63,192 bases of DNA from an uncultured Clostridia bacterium (GTDB lineage Bacteria; Bacillota; Clostridia; Christensenellales; UBA3700), in contig CAMOIC010000003.1 of the NCBI GenBank assembly GCA_946615965.1, positions 1 through 63,192 of the forward strand. The letters run 5' to 3'. The notes below the pieces were generated by a model, which was not told where the DNA came from, made no database searches, and saw only the letters and a program-made list of their open reading frames with translations. Made by a program: the position numbers and the translations under genes. Below are positions 47,648 through 59,000 of the stretch, piece after piece. Numbering within the stretch: the stretch's first letter is position 1; each line of letters begins with the position of its first letter.

Positions 47648-48296
47648 TATCTACACTATCTCCAGCTTGTTTTTTCTCTTCTTTTGCCTTTATTATTGCC
47701 TTATAAACTACACGAATAGTGAAATATAAAACTGCAAGTATTACAATACCAAATACAATATATAAAATGATATCAATATAATCATTACAAAATACACTTA
47801 AAAGAGTCATTATTATACTTGCTGTTAAATCACCAATAACAACAACCATAACAGTCTTAATAAATGGTAATTCTAAGAATGCTCCAATAGCAGTTCCTGT
47901 CCATACTCCTGTCATAGGAACTGGCAATGCTACAAATCCAAATAAGCCTAGCATTTTTCTTTTTTCGATTTGAGATGCATCAAACTTATTAGCCTTATCT
48001 GATACGGCTTGTGCTTTTCCCTTAAATCCATCTTCAACTGCTTCAACTAAATGTTTAAAGAAGATAAACTTTCTTAACCAGTTAAGAATTGGTCTTAAGA
48101 TAGCAAGAACGATTGGACACATAATTGCAGAACCTGAAAAAGCTAGCGCAAATGCAGCAATTGGATTCATATCCATAGCAATAGCAAGAGGTATAGATCC
48201 TCTAACTTCAACGAAAGGAATCATGGAAACAATTAGGACTGTTATATAGTCATTTCCAATCAACTCTCTAAAAAAATTAACTATGCTCTCTGCCAT
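47640..48296 (-). CDS. COG2426 small multidrug export-type membrane protein
   Basis: SMIPFVE.RG.IP and FVALP.P.TG.WTG motifs. TTGACT-17-TATAAT promoter. Confidence 0.85.
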   Translation of the reverse strand: MAESIVNFFRELIGNDYITVLIVSMIPFVEVRGSIPLAIAMDMNPIAAFALAFSGSAIMCPIVLAILRPILNWLRKFIFFKHLVEAVEDGFKGKAQAVSDKANKFDASQIEKRKMLGLFGFVALPVPMTGVWTGTAIGAFLELPFIKTVMVVVIGDLTASIIMTLLSVFCNDYIDIILYIVFGIVILAVLYFTIRVVYKAIIKAKEEKKQAGDSVDNG

Positions 48297-48569
48297 GAAT
48301 TACCTCGCATTAAATTATAACGAATGCCCCTATTATAGTCAATTTAAGTAAGTTACTAATTACTTTTTAAGTATGAGTTATGATTTGTTGAAAAATTATC
48401 TAAAATAAAAAGCATTATCGGTGTTGAAAAACCGAGAAAACACCGCCCAAATACACCTTCCTTAATTCTAAATTTACATAATAGTTATTGCGTTTTAAAA
48501 TATCTTCTCTTATAATTATAGAGATTTATTTTTGATAAATTATAAATATATAAATATATAGGTGGTCAA

Positions 48570-51500
48570 ATGGACAAGAAAAAAAGAATTCTTTATACTC
48601 TAGTAATTGCAATTCTATGCGTATGCTTTGCAGTTTGCGCATTTGCTTGTAGCAATGACGATGAGAAAGAAGAAGAAACAACAGAAGAAGAGACAGGCCT
48701 TCTTTGGGCAAATGGTAACTTCGTACAAGTTTCAGATTCTTCAGCTAGCTACCCACAAACTCCATCAAGTTGGACAGGTACAGCTGGATCTTCATCATCA
48801 ACAAGTGAGTTAAAAACTCCTACAGGAACAGATAACTTAATCGCTGGTGTTATTAGCGTAGCATCAAGCAGTTTTAAATCAAACGCTGCTACATATGGCA
48901 ACGCTTCAAACCCTGACAAAGTTGGTAAAGATGATAAGATTTTAATGATCTACAACAAAGTTGCTACATCATACTACTACAAGTCATCATCTACTTCTCT
49001 ATCTAAGGATACATATTACAAATTAACATTCTCTGTTAAGACAGTTAATATCTCTCCAGAAACAGATGGTAAGGCTTATGGTGCGTATGTTCACATTACT
49101 GGTGATGCATACTTAGATTTCGAAGCTATCGATACTCAAGGTGATTGGAAAGAATACACAGTTTACTTCCGTGGTTCTAACAGCGCTAACAAGACTATTT
49201 ATTTATCATTAGGTCTTGGTGATGGAAACTCTAAGATTGGTAACTTAACAAAAGGTTGGGCTTTCTTTGATAACGTAGTTTTAGAAGACTTAACAAATGT
49301 TGAAGAAGGCGAAACAGCTTATACTGATGCTGCATTCGATGCTTTAACAGAATCAGCTCAATTAAGAAAATATGACCTATCTTATGTAGATCCAAACTTT
49401 AATGGTATTTCTAATGCTGCTACAGCTACATCAGAAACATTTACTCCTGCACAATTCAATGGTGCTGCTGGCACAGGTTCTGGTGACAATGCTTCTACAA
49501 GTTCTTCATACCTAGAAAAAGGTATTATGGATATTGCAAAAGCTGGTAGCACATATTCATTCCCTACAGATGTTACTACATCAAGAACAGTTGACTTAAA
49601 GACAGCTCCTGCAAATCAATTTGCTGGTAATAAGCTTCTTTATATCTACAACAAGAAAGCTACAGCTTATATTTATACAGATACTTTAGGTTTCAAAGTT
49701 GAAAGCACAAAGTATTACAAGGTATCTATCTATGCTAAGGCTATTACTGATAATGGTAACGCTTACATCAAGTTAAGCAATGGTTCAGAAGTAATTTCTT
49801 CTCTAACTGTTGATACTGATGGCATTACAGATAACAATGGTTATAGACAATATTCATTCTATATTGCTGCTAACCAATATGAAGACAATACATTATATCT
49901 ACAATTATGTTTAGGATATGGTGGTAAGGGTGATGGCACTTGGGCAACTGGTGTTGCATTCTTCGACTCAGTTTCTTATTCATCAATTGAAAAGGACGAA
50001 TATGATGCTGCTACTGCTGGTGCAGATATTGCTAAGTATTCATATTTAGAAAATGAAGACGATTCAACTATCGTTTCTTTAGCAGCTCCTTTATTCAAGT
50101 CTACAGTTACAGATGAAGACTTCTTATCTGATAAAGACGATTCAGAAAGCTTAATCTATTCTTCATATAACTATGATGGAACTCCAGTATTTAAGACATC
50201 TACTGCTACAGAACCAAACATCCCTGTTGTTCAATTAAAGAATAGAGTTGCTGCTAGCGCTTCTATCTCTACTGTATATGAATCAACAACTGTAGATAAT
50301 GCTGCAGCTTACAGCGAATTATTCACTGTTCCTACTAATACAGCTATCTTAATGACATTCTGGGTTAAGACTGTAGATATCGCTTCAGACAAGAGCGCTA
50401 CAATTACAGTATTCTCTTATGACAGCGAAAAGAGCGCAGATTACAAAAATTGTAAGACCACTTTAACAACAATTTCTGTAAACTCTGAAAAACTAGAAAG
50501 TTATGCAAATGAAAACCAAGACAATTACATCAGAATTTCTGTATATGTTTTAGGTGCTTCAGTTGATACAAAACAAATTGGTTTAACATTAACATTAGGT
50601 ACAGCTACTACTACAACAGATACAACAAACGCTGTTGCTGGTACATTATATTTCACTAACTTAAGAATTCAAGATGCTAAGTACTCAGATTACTCTAGCG
50701 CTTCTACAAGTGACGTAGTTTACAAGTATTCATTTGCTGGATCAGGTTCTTCTGGAGAAGTTTCTTCAAACGGACAATTTACATATGTAGATATTTCAGC
50801 AACAAATACATTATATGGTGACAACGCTTCTGCTTGGGAAAATGCTAAGTTAGTTAATACTGCTGTTCCTTCAAACTGGACAGTTACAAATTCTAAGGAA
50901 TTAGTACAAAATGACAACGGACACTCAATGTCTGGTGCTATTAACTTAGTAGATTTTGCACAATGGTCAGAATTATCTGTAGATTCTTCTTTAACTATTG
51001 CAAATAAGGAAGATGTATTAGCTGGCCTTGATACAGTAACAAACGTAGACGAATACTTAAAGTCATACCCTAACATGTTATTAATTCAAGCTGTTGATAC
51101 TCCATCACTTGGTTACAAATCAACATCTATCTCATTATCTGCTAATTCATATTATGTATTTAGCGTATATGCTAGAGATCTAAAGGGTGAATTTGCTATT
51201 GATATTGCACCATCTACAAATACAAATAAGTTAGAAACTGCTACAGTTCATACATTTGCTGAAGTTGGTTCTGATTGGCATCAATATTTCGTATTCATTA
51301 AGACTGGTATCAATGCACAAACAGTTTATGTAACTTTATATGCATCTGACCCAAGCAATGAACAAAGTGCTAACTCAACTGTATTATTCACAAATGCTAC
51401 ATATGCAACAATTACAGAAGACATCTTCAATTCTGCTAAGAGTGCTGAAGCTACAAACAAGTACATCTCAACACAAACTTGGTTAACAGATGCTATGGAT

Positions 51501-52568
51501 GAATTCACAACATCAGACACAGCATTAGCTACTCCAGCTAACTGGACAGGTTCTACTGTTGATTCTAACAGCTCTACTAATACAGACGATTTAGCAAAGG
51601 GTATCTTCTCTAAGGAAACTGGAGACTGGAACTTAATTGATATTGACCCAGATACAACAGATTCATATGCTGATGTAATCTACGATAAGAATGAACAAAT
51701 CGGAGATAATGTTCTTGTAATCTACAATAAGAATGCAACAACATATAAGTACACATCAACATCTATCACAATGAAGGCTGGTTCTTATTACAAGATTTCT
51801 GCTCAAGTTCTTGTTAAAGATTTAGCTTACCTATCTGAAGATGATATTGATTCTTCTGATTCTAAGTATGATGATTACAAGAATAAGAACTTATTACCTA
51901 CAGCAACAGCTACTCTAAAGGCTAATAATAAGACATATACATTTGGTCAATATATCGCTAAGGATCAAACTCTTGCTGATTTCGATAATAACCAAGAATC
52001 TTATAATGAATATCTATTAAAGAAAGATAGATTAATCAATGCTACAGAACCTGCTAAGTGGGTAACATATACATGGTATATCTCTCTTGATAAAGACATC
52101 GAAGAAGACGTTTCAACAACAATCTCATTCTCATTAGGTGGAAAGAACGTTTCTTACTGGATGAGCGGTTATATGTTTATTGATAACTTCGAAGTTGAAG
52201 AGTTAACAGAAACTCAATGGGCGGACACAACTGTTGTTCCTGCTGATGAATCATATACATATGGTGCCGATACATATAACAAGGACGTTGCTTCTAAGAC
52301 ATATAAGATTACTTATACTGTTGACGATGCTGAAGCTGAAGAAGAAGCTGAAGAGGAAGAAGAAGACAACAATAATACACAAGATGAAGAGCAAAAGAAC
52401 TTCGTTTGGTTATATATCACATCTGGTGTTTTAGCTGTTCTAGTAATCGCTGCCGTAGCTACTGTATTATACAGAAAATATGGTAAGAAGAAAGTTAAGA
52501 AGATTAAGAAAGCTTCAGTTACTAAGATTACAGAAAAGAACTCATCAAGAGATAAGTTCAAAGACTAA
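48570..52568 (+). CDS. Large surface protein with five carbohydrate-binding-like beta-sandwich repeats, N-terminal lipoprotein-type signal and C-terminal TM anchor
   Basis: Signal 'KKKRILYTLVIAILCVCFAVCAFAC'. Five repeats. TM 'FVWLYITSGVLAVLVIAAVATVLY' plus a Lys-rich tail. TTGCGT-17-TATAAT promoter. Confidence 0.7.
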   Translation: MDKKKRILYTLVIAILCVCFAVCAFACSNDDEKEEETTEEETGLLWANGNFVQVSDSSASYPQTPSSWTGTAGSSSSTSELKTPTGTDNLIAGVISVASSSFKSNAATYGNASNPDKVGKDDKILMIYNKVATSYYYKSSSTSLSKDTYYKLTFSVKTVNISPETDGKAYGAYVHITGDAYLDFEAIDTQGDWKEYTVYFRGSNSANKTIYLSLGLGDGNSKIGNLTKGWAFFDNVVLEDLTNVEEGETAYTDAAFDALTESAQLRKYDLSYVDPNFNGISNAATATSETFTPAQFNGAAGTGSGDNASTSSSYLEKGIMDIAKAGSTYSFPTDVTTSRTVDLKTAPANQFAGNKLLYIYNKKATAYIYTDTLGFKVESTKYYKVSIYAKAITDNGNAYIKLSNGSEVISSLTVDTDGITDNNGYRQYSFYIAANQYEDNTLYLQLCLGYGGKGDGTWATGVAFFDSVSYSSIEKDEYDAATAGADIAKYSYLENEDDSTIVSLAAPLFKSTVTDEDFLSDKDDSESLIYSSYNYDGTPVFKTSTATEPNIPVVQLKNRVAASASISTVYESTTVDNAAAYSELFTVPTNTAILMTFWVKTVDIASDKSATITVFSYDSEKSADYKNCKTTLTTISVNSEKLESYANENQDNYIRISVYVLGASVDTKQIGLTLTLGTATTTTDTTNAVAGTLYFTNLRIQDAKYSDYSSASTSDVVYKYSFAGSGSSGEVSSNGQFTYVDISATNTLYGDNASAWENAKLVNTAVPSNWTVTNSKELVQNDNGHSMSGAINLVDFAQWSELSVDSSLTIANKEDVLAGLDTVTNVDEYLKSYPNMLLIQAVDTPSLGYKSTSISLSANSYYVFSVYARDLKGEFAIDIAPSTNTNKLETATVHTFAEVGSDWHQYFVFIKTGINAQTVYVTLYASDPSNEQSANSTVLFTNATYATITEDIFNSAKSAEATNKYISTQTWLTDAMDEFTTSDTALATPANWTGSTVDSNSSTNTDDLAKGIFSKETGDWNLIDIDPDTTDSYADVIYDKNEQIGDNVLVIYNKNATTYKYTSTSITMKAGSYYKISAQVLVKDLAYLSEDDIDSSDSKYDDYKNKNLLPTATATLKANNKTYTFGQYIAKDQTLADFDNNQESYNEYLLKKDRLINATEPAKWVTYTWYISLDKDIEEDVSTTISFSLGGKNVSYWMSGYMFIDNFEVEELTETQWADTTVVPADESYTYGADTYNKDVASKTYKITYTVDDAEAEEEAEEEEEDNNNTQDEEQKNFVWLYITSGVLAVLVIAAVATVLYRKYGKKKVKKIKKASVTKITEKNSSRDKFKD

Positions 52569-52586
52569 TACTTATAATTAGTATTC

Positions 52587-52619
52587 AAAGGCCACTAGGA
52601 ATCCCCTAGTGGTCTTTTT
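52587..52619 (+). terminator. Terminator after the surface-protein gene
   Basis: AAAGGCCACTAGG/CCTAGTGGTCTTT stem plus T-run. Confidence 0.8.
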
Positions 52620-52685
52620 GTTATATTTAGTATATTTATATATAAATATGTGATAGAATTACACTGGCCAATCGAGGTGGCAAAT

Positions 52686-53945
52686 ATGTTGAATTATGAA
52701 GAATGCGTAAACTATATGGAAGGATTATCTAAATTCGGAAGTGTTTACGGATTAGATACAATAAGAAATTTTCTAAATAGATTAAATAACCCACAAAACG
52801 AATTAAAGTTTGTGCACGTTGCTGGAACAAACGGAAAAGGTTCTGTTTGTGCATACCTAACAAAAATTTTAATTTGTGCTGGATATAAAATTGGAACATT
52901 TAATTCACCTTCTGTTTTCACATACAATGAAAGAATCTTAATTAATGCAAAACAAGCAAGCGATGATATCATTTGTAAATATATCAATATAGTAAAAGAA
53001 GAAAGAGATAAGATGGAGAAAGAAGGAATAACTTCCCTTCCTACTTCTTTTGAAATGGAACTTGCAGCCGCTTTATTAATCTTTAGAGATTTAAATTGCG
53101 ATATCGTTGTACTTGAAACAGGAATGGGCGGAAGACTTGATGCAACAAATGTTGTTGAAAATAAACTTCTATCTATCATTACGGCTATAGATTTTGATCA
53201 TACTCAATATCTTGGAGATACTCTTGAGAAAATAGCTCAAGAAAAGTTTGGAATAGTAAGAGATAGACTTCTAACATTTAAACAATCTAAAGAAGTAATG
53301 AAAGTATTCAAAAAGGCTCCAAAGCTTTATGTTACTAAAGAGGCCAAACTTCTTATTGCTACAAGAAATGATATCCTATTCCAATATGGAAGAAAAACAT
53401 ATAAGATTCAAATGCTTGGAGAACATCAATTACAAAACGCATCACTAGCAATTAAAGCTGCAAGAATCTTAAAGCGTTTAGGATACACTATTACTGAAGA
53501 CAATATAAAGAGTGGATTATTTACAACAAAGTGGCCAGGAAGATTAGAAAAGATATCTGCTGGTGGTAAATTATTCGTACTAGACGGTGCTCATAATCCA
53601 AGTGGTGCTCTAACTTTAAAGAATGCTATCAAATTACACTTTGCTACTGAAAAGAAAGCATATGTGTTTGGCGCATTTAAAGATAAGGACGTTGATGGTG
53701 TACTTAAAAACATGCAAGAAGTATTATCTACAGTGTATGTTGCTTCTGCCCCAACACAAAGGGCTTTAGACGTCGCTTCTCTTAAAAATATTTGCGAAAA
53801 GTACGCTAATAATGTTATAACTAATGCAAGCATTAGTGAGGCTATAAATAAGGCCTATAAAAGCGATTCAGAAATAATAATAATTTTCGGCTCATTAAGC
53901 ATATTAAAAGAAGCCAAAGAATATATAAGAGGAATAAATGGATAA
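52686..53945 (+). CDS. folC: Folylpolyglutamate synthase/dihydrofolate synthase
   Basis: [28 protein letters not shown] and DGAHNP motifs. Start refined to 52686 (SD GAGGTGG). Confidence 0.94.
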   Translation: MLNYEECVNYMEGLSKFGSVYGLDTIRNFLNRLNNPQNELKFVHVAGTNGKGSVCAYLTKILICAGYKIGTFNSPSVFTYNERILINAKQASDDIICKYINIVKEERDKMEKEGITSLPTSFEMELAAALLIFRDLNCDIVVLETGMGGRLDATNVVENKLLSIITAIDFDHTQYLGDTLEKIAQEKFGIVRDRLLTFKQSKEVMKVFKKAPKLYVTKEAKLLIATRNDILFQYGRKTYKIQMLGEHQLQNASLAIKAARILKRLGYTITEDNIKSGLFTTKWPGRLEKISAGGKLFVLDGAHNPSGALTLKNAIKLHFATEKKAYVFGAFKDKDVDGVLKNMQEVLSTVYVASAPTQRALDVASLKNICEKYANNVITNASISEAINKAYKSDSEIIIIFGSLSILKEAKEYIRGING

Positions 53946-54483
53946 GAAGAAAATTGAGCAAGCAATAAAAGACCTTCTTGACGCTATTGGTGAGGATAAA
54001 GATAGACCAGGTCTAAAGGACACTCCAGATAGAGTTGCAAGAATGTATGAAGAAATACTTAGTGGTTATAATGATGATGCATCAAAGCACTTAAGTAAGA
54101 CTTTTACTGTTGATACAAGTGATATCGTTATTGAAAAAGATATCCAATTCTCTTCTATGTGCGAGCACCATTTAATGCCTTTCTTTGGCAAAATGCATAT
54201 AGCATATATCCCTAATGGAAAAGTTGTAGGACTTTCAAAACTTGCTAGATGCGTTGAAACATATGCTAGACGTTTACAATTACAAGAACAATTAACTTAC
54301 CAAGTATGTAAAGCTATTATGGATAACCTAAATCCAAAAGGCGCCATTGTTGTATGTGAAGCAGAACATACATGTATGACATGCAGAGGCGTAAGAAAGA
54401 TGGGCTCAAAAACAATAACATACACAGTACTTGGAGACATTGACGATAATACTAAAAACGAGGTACTTTCTTTACTAAAATGA
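53938..54483 (+). CDS. folE: GTP cyclohydrolase I
   Basis: [31 protein letters not shown] and H.CM..RG motifs. Confidence 0.96.
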   Translation: MDKKKIEQAIKDLLDAIGEDKDRPGLKDTPDRVARMYEEILSGYNDDASKHLSKTFTVDTSDIVIEKDIQFSSMCEHHLMPFFGKMHIAYIPNGKVVGLSKLARCVETYARRLQLQEQLTYQVCKAIMDNLNPKGAIVVCEAEHTCMTCRGVRKMGSKTITYTVLGDIDDNTKNEVLSLLK

Positions 54484-55271
54484 TTATTGGAAATAAAACT
54501 TTTGAAACCGGCACTCATGTAATGGCAATAGTTAACCTTACACCGGATTCTTTCAACGAAAATTCAAGATGCACTTGCGATAACGTTTTACAACGCGTAG
54601 AACAAATGATTAATGACGGCGCTGAAGTAATTGATATTGGCGCTCAATCTACAAGACCTGGACATATTCCAGTTTCTGATCAAGAGGAAATTAAAAGATT
54701 AGTTGAACCTCTTAAATTAATTAGATCACATTTCGATATCCCTATTTCTATAGATACATACTACCCAACTGTTGCTAAAGTTGCCCTAGATAATGGCGCT
54801 GACTTAATCAATGATATTTGGGGATTACAATACGGCGATAAGTCTATGGCTAGCGTAGTTGGAGCTTATAACGCTGCTGTTTGTATCATGCACAACCAAA
54901 ATGGGACCGAATATAAAGACTTTTATAAAGATATCGAGAATTTCTTAAAGGATGGACTAGAACTTGCTTATAAGGCTAATATCGACTCTAAAAAGATTAT
55001 TCTTGATGGTGGCATAGGTTTTGGAAAGGATATAAATCAAAACTGGGAACTTTTACACAACTATGATAAACTATACTCATTAGGATATCCTCTACTTCTT
55101 GGTACATCAAGAAAGAGAATGTTCGGCGGAGAAGTTAAAGATAGACTTGAACCAACACTTGAATCTACAAGAGAAGCTGTTAGAAAGAATATCTTATTTG
55201 TAAGAGTTCATGATGTAAAAGAAAACGTTCAAGCAATAAAGGAAGAAAATGCAAAGCTTAATAGAAATTAA
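54480..55271 (+). CDS. folP: Dihydropteroate synthase
   Basis: NLTPDSF, DIG..STRPG, SIDTY, D.GIGFGK and GTSRK motifs. Confidence 0.95.
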   Translation: MIIGNKTFETGTHVMAIVNLTPDSFNENSRCTCDNVLQRVEQMINDGAEVIDIGAQSTRPGHIPVSDQEEIKRLVEPLKLIRSHFDIPISIDTYYPTVAKVALDNGADLINDIWGLQYGDKSMASVVGAYNAAVCIMHNQNGTEYKDFYKDIENFLKDGLELAYKANIDSKKIILDGGIGFGKDINQNWELLHNYDKLYSLGYPLLLGTSRKRMFGGEVKDRLEPTLESTREAVRKNILFVRVHDVKENVQAIKEENAKLNRN

Positions 55272-56031
55272 TGATTTAGTAGTAAATGCATGTCATGGCG
55301 TTCTTGATTTTGAAAAAAAAGAAGAACAACCATTTGTATTTAACTGCAAAATTGATATTGATTTCTTACAAGCAGCAAAGAATGATGATTTAAATAAAAC
55401 CATCTCTTATTGCGATATAATGCAAGACATATCCGATTTTTGTAAAGCTCACACATTTAATCTTATAGAAACTTTGGCATATAAAACTGCCCTAATGCTT
55501 TTAAACAAATATAGCATGATTAAATCTATTAATCTTAATGTTAAAAAGCCTGAGGCTCCATATGGCCTTACATTTAAAAATGTGGGCGTTGATGTAAATT
55601 TATCTTGGCATACTTCTTTTTTATCTTTAGGAAGCAATTTAGGAGACAGAGAGGCTACTTTATTAAAAGCTATAGAACAATTAAACTCTGACGAAATTAG
55701 AGTTGCAAAGAAATCTTCATTCTATAAGAATGCACCATATGGTGGAGTAGCTACTGAAGAATTTGTTAATATGGCAGTGGAAATTAAAACTATTTATTCA
55801 CCACACCAATTACTAAATAGAATTCATGAAATTGAAGCATCACTAGGAAGAGTTAGAGATGTTCACTGGGGAAATAGAACTATAGATATAGATATAGTAT
55901 TCTATGACAACATTACCCTAAACACAGAAGAATTAACTATTCCTCATAAAGATTATAAGAATAGAGATTTCGTTCTTGTACCATTATCTGAGATAGCCCC
56001 TTATATTATTGAACCACAGCAAAACGCATAA
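55249..56031 (+). CDS. Fused dihydroneopterin aldolase / HPPK (SulD-type FolB-FolK)
   Basis: N-terminal HGV...E....Q.F...LIETLA (FolB) and C-terminal LSLGSNLGDR...WG.RTIDIDI...PH (FolK). Confidence 0.93.
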   Translation: MQSLIEINDLVVNACHGVLDFEKKEEQPFVFNCKIDIDFLQAAKNDDLNKTISYCDIMQDISDFCKAHTFNLIETLAYKTALMLLNKYSMIKSINLNVKKPEAPYGLTFKNVGVDVNLSWHTSFLSLGSNLGDREATLLKAIEQLNSDEIRVAKKSSFYKNAPYGGVATEEFVNMAVEIKTIYSPHQLLNRIHEIEASLGRVRDVHWGNRTIDIDIVFYDNITLNTEELTIPHKDYKNRDFVLVPLSEIAPYIIEPQQNA

Positions 56032-56085
56032 AACTAATATGTCAAATATTTAAAATGCACCTTGTTTTTGCAAGGCTCATTATTC

Positions 56086-59000
56086 TTAACTTACGCTTAA
56101 TTTACTAACTCCTGTTTTATACTTATCTGATTTTTCATCTTTGTTTTGGCAACAAAAAACCAAATCACATGTATTTCTATATTTTATATCCGTTTTATTG
56201 CAATACTCCTTAGTTGTAAACATAGAGCCTGCAGAACTATTATGATATTCCCATGTAATTTGTGATTCCCCTGAATAGAATTCAATTGCCATACCATAAG
56301 TCTCATAAATATTATTTTCTAATGTTGTCAATCCTGTTCCAGATTTTTTTGTTGTATTTTCGAACGCTCCGGCAAATGACATATGATCAAGATGAGTACA
56401 AGCATGTGGTATATTTATATACTTTAAGTTCTCACATTCATAGAATGCATATTTACCAATTTTTTCAATACTGCTTGCTAAACGAATATTTTCAAAATTT
56501 GTACATCCATAGAAAGCATAATCTTCAACTAAAGACACTTTAGAGAATTCTGTATAATGGTTATTCATATATGTATCTCTAACATCTGGATTTACTGCAT
56601 TAGAATCGGAAACATGCGCCTCAACATATGTATCTACTGCTGCCCAATCTCCATAGCCAAAAAATTCTAGTTTTGCGCATTCCCTAAAGCATGAACTCTT
56701 AACCTCTAATGTATAAGTTGGATTTGTTGAGCTTTCAACGCTAATTAATTCTGTACATTTCATAAATGCTTCTGAACCAAAGTATGTTACATTTCCAGAT
56801 ACATATACATGTGTCAAATTAGAATCTTCCTTAAATGCTCTATATGGAATAGAAGTAATGTTCGCACCACGAAGATCTACAGTTGTAATATTTGTACAGC
56901 CATTAAATACTGCAGATCCCAATGTTATTAACGAAGATGTGAACACAGGAAGTGTTGTTAAATCTTTACAATCACTAAAAGCTCCCATGCTTATACTTGC
57001 CAAAGTTGAATTTGATGCTAATGATAATGTTTGTAATCCTGTAGATGCAAACGCATATTCGCCAATACTTGTTAGAGTGCTTGGTATTTCAAATGCTGTT
57101 AATCCAGAGCATTTATAGAACGCATATTTGCCAAGTGCATGCAATGTTGAATTAGATTCAAAAGAAACACCTAGATTCATACATTCTGAAAATGCGTAGT
57201 TCCCTATTGATGTTGTGCTATTTGAAATAACAACACTAGAAAGATCAGTTTTTCTAAAAGCATATTGCCCAATTGATACTAAATCGTTGGTATACGCTGG
57301 AGATGTGTTTCCGTCTTTAAACTTCATATCAACAAGATTTGTACAATAATCGAATGCTTTATCTCCAATTGATGTTATTGTAGTTGGAAGAATCAAATCT
57401 GTAATTGATCTTAAAAAACAAAAAGCTCCATTTGGAATAGATGTAATAGAAGAATCTATTCCACTTAAATCAAATGTTCCAGAAACAAGAGTTCCATTTA
57501 CATAAAAATCTACATTCCTATCATCATGATAGAAATCAATATATGAACCATTATAATCAATGCTTAGATAATTATTCCAACTTGAGATGTAAACTTTTGT
57601 TAATGCACTCATGCTATTAAAAGCAGATGAACCAACTTCAGTTACATTAGATAAGTCAATAGAACTTACATTTGTTGCTTGATAGAAACCTTTCTCGCAA
57701 ATTGTGTTTGAATTAACTGTTACATTTACATAAGATGAATCACTTGCTAAATCCGTCCATTTCTTTCTCATTGGACATGTAAGATTATGCAAGTATGATG
57801 CGCCTGTAAATATACCATTTGCCATCGTTACATTTGATGGAATCTCTAATGTGTTTATTTTTGTTCCACTAATAAATTCCCTACCAATGCTTGATATGTT
57901 AGTACCTGAGGCAAAAGATAAAGTCTCTAAATCTGAAGCTCCTTTAAATGCTATTGCGCCAATACTTGTTACGCTTGTTGGTATTGTAATACTTGTTATT
58001 GCAGTATAAGCAAAACTTGATCCTTCAATACTTTCTAGATTTGAACCAGACTCAAATGATACATTTGTTAGATTGGTGCAATAATAGAATGCACTAGCCC
58101 CTATAGTTGTTACACTTGCTGGAATAGTTATACTTGTAATACCTGTGTTTGCGAAGCAACTTCCTGCAATTGTCTCAAGATTTGAATTTGCTTCAAAATT
58201 AACTGTCGTTAAGCTTGGGATATGGTCAAATCCCATAATTGTTGTAACTTCTTTTGGAACAGTTAATGTACTCATTTGCGTATTTGCAAATGCATATGCT
58301 TCAATAGTTTCTAAATTTGGATTAAGTGTTACAGATGTAATATTTGTGCCATCAAATGCGTGTAATTTAATTGTCGTTAAACTTGTTGGGAAAGAAATAC
58401 CATTTATTCCCGATTTATAGAACGCATATACATCAATTAAAGAAACACTATTTGGTAAACTTACAGAAGTAATGTCTTTGCATTTATAGTACTTATATGG
58501 TCCAATTTCTGTTAAGTTCATAGAACTTAAATCTAGATTAGTTACTTCATTTTGTCCGATATATAACTTTAATTTATTATTATCGTTTGCAACAATTACA
58601 CCTTGTGTAAATGACATATAGTGAGATAACGATTCAACATGTAAATCTAAATCTCCACCAGTTCCTATTTTCGAATTCAAAGCTGTCAAACTATGAGGAA
58701 CAACAAAAGATGTTACACCTGTGTTTTCAAGTGCATAGGAACCAATTGTTTCAATAGAAGCTGGTAAATTAATCTCTGTGACATATGTCAAATCTCTTAA
58801 TGAGTTTTGAGCAATACTTGTACCACCAGTTATCGTAATACTTGTTAATGATTTTGGAACAAAATAACTTCTTGCATAATACTCATAAGTGCTAGGATTT
58901 CCAATTGCGCTTTTAAATATATATCCAAATGGATTTGTAGATGTTGGTTTATCACCTATAAATGGTATTGTTATACTTGCAAGTGAATTAGTCCCGCTTA

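Noticed and set aside
48419-48445. Inverted repeat CGGTGTT-N13-AACACCG in the divergent promoter region
   Set aside because: It has only 7-bp arms, a single copy and no T-tract. It might be an operator but is unsupported.
56060-56080. Hairpin between convergent folBK and the LRR gene
   Set aside because: Only a 5-bp core (CCTTG/CAAGG) with mismatched flanks, too weak to call a terminator.
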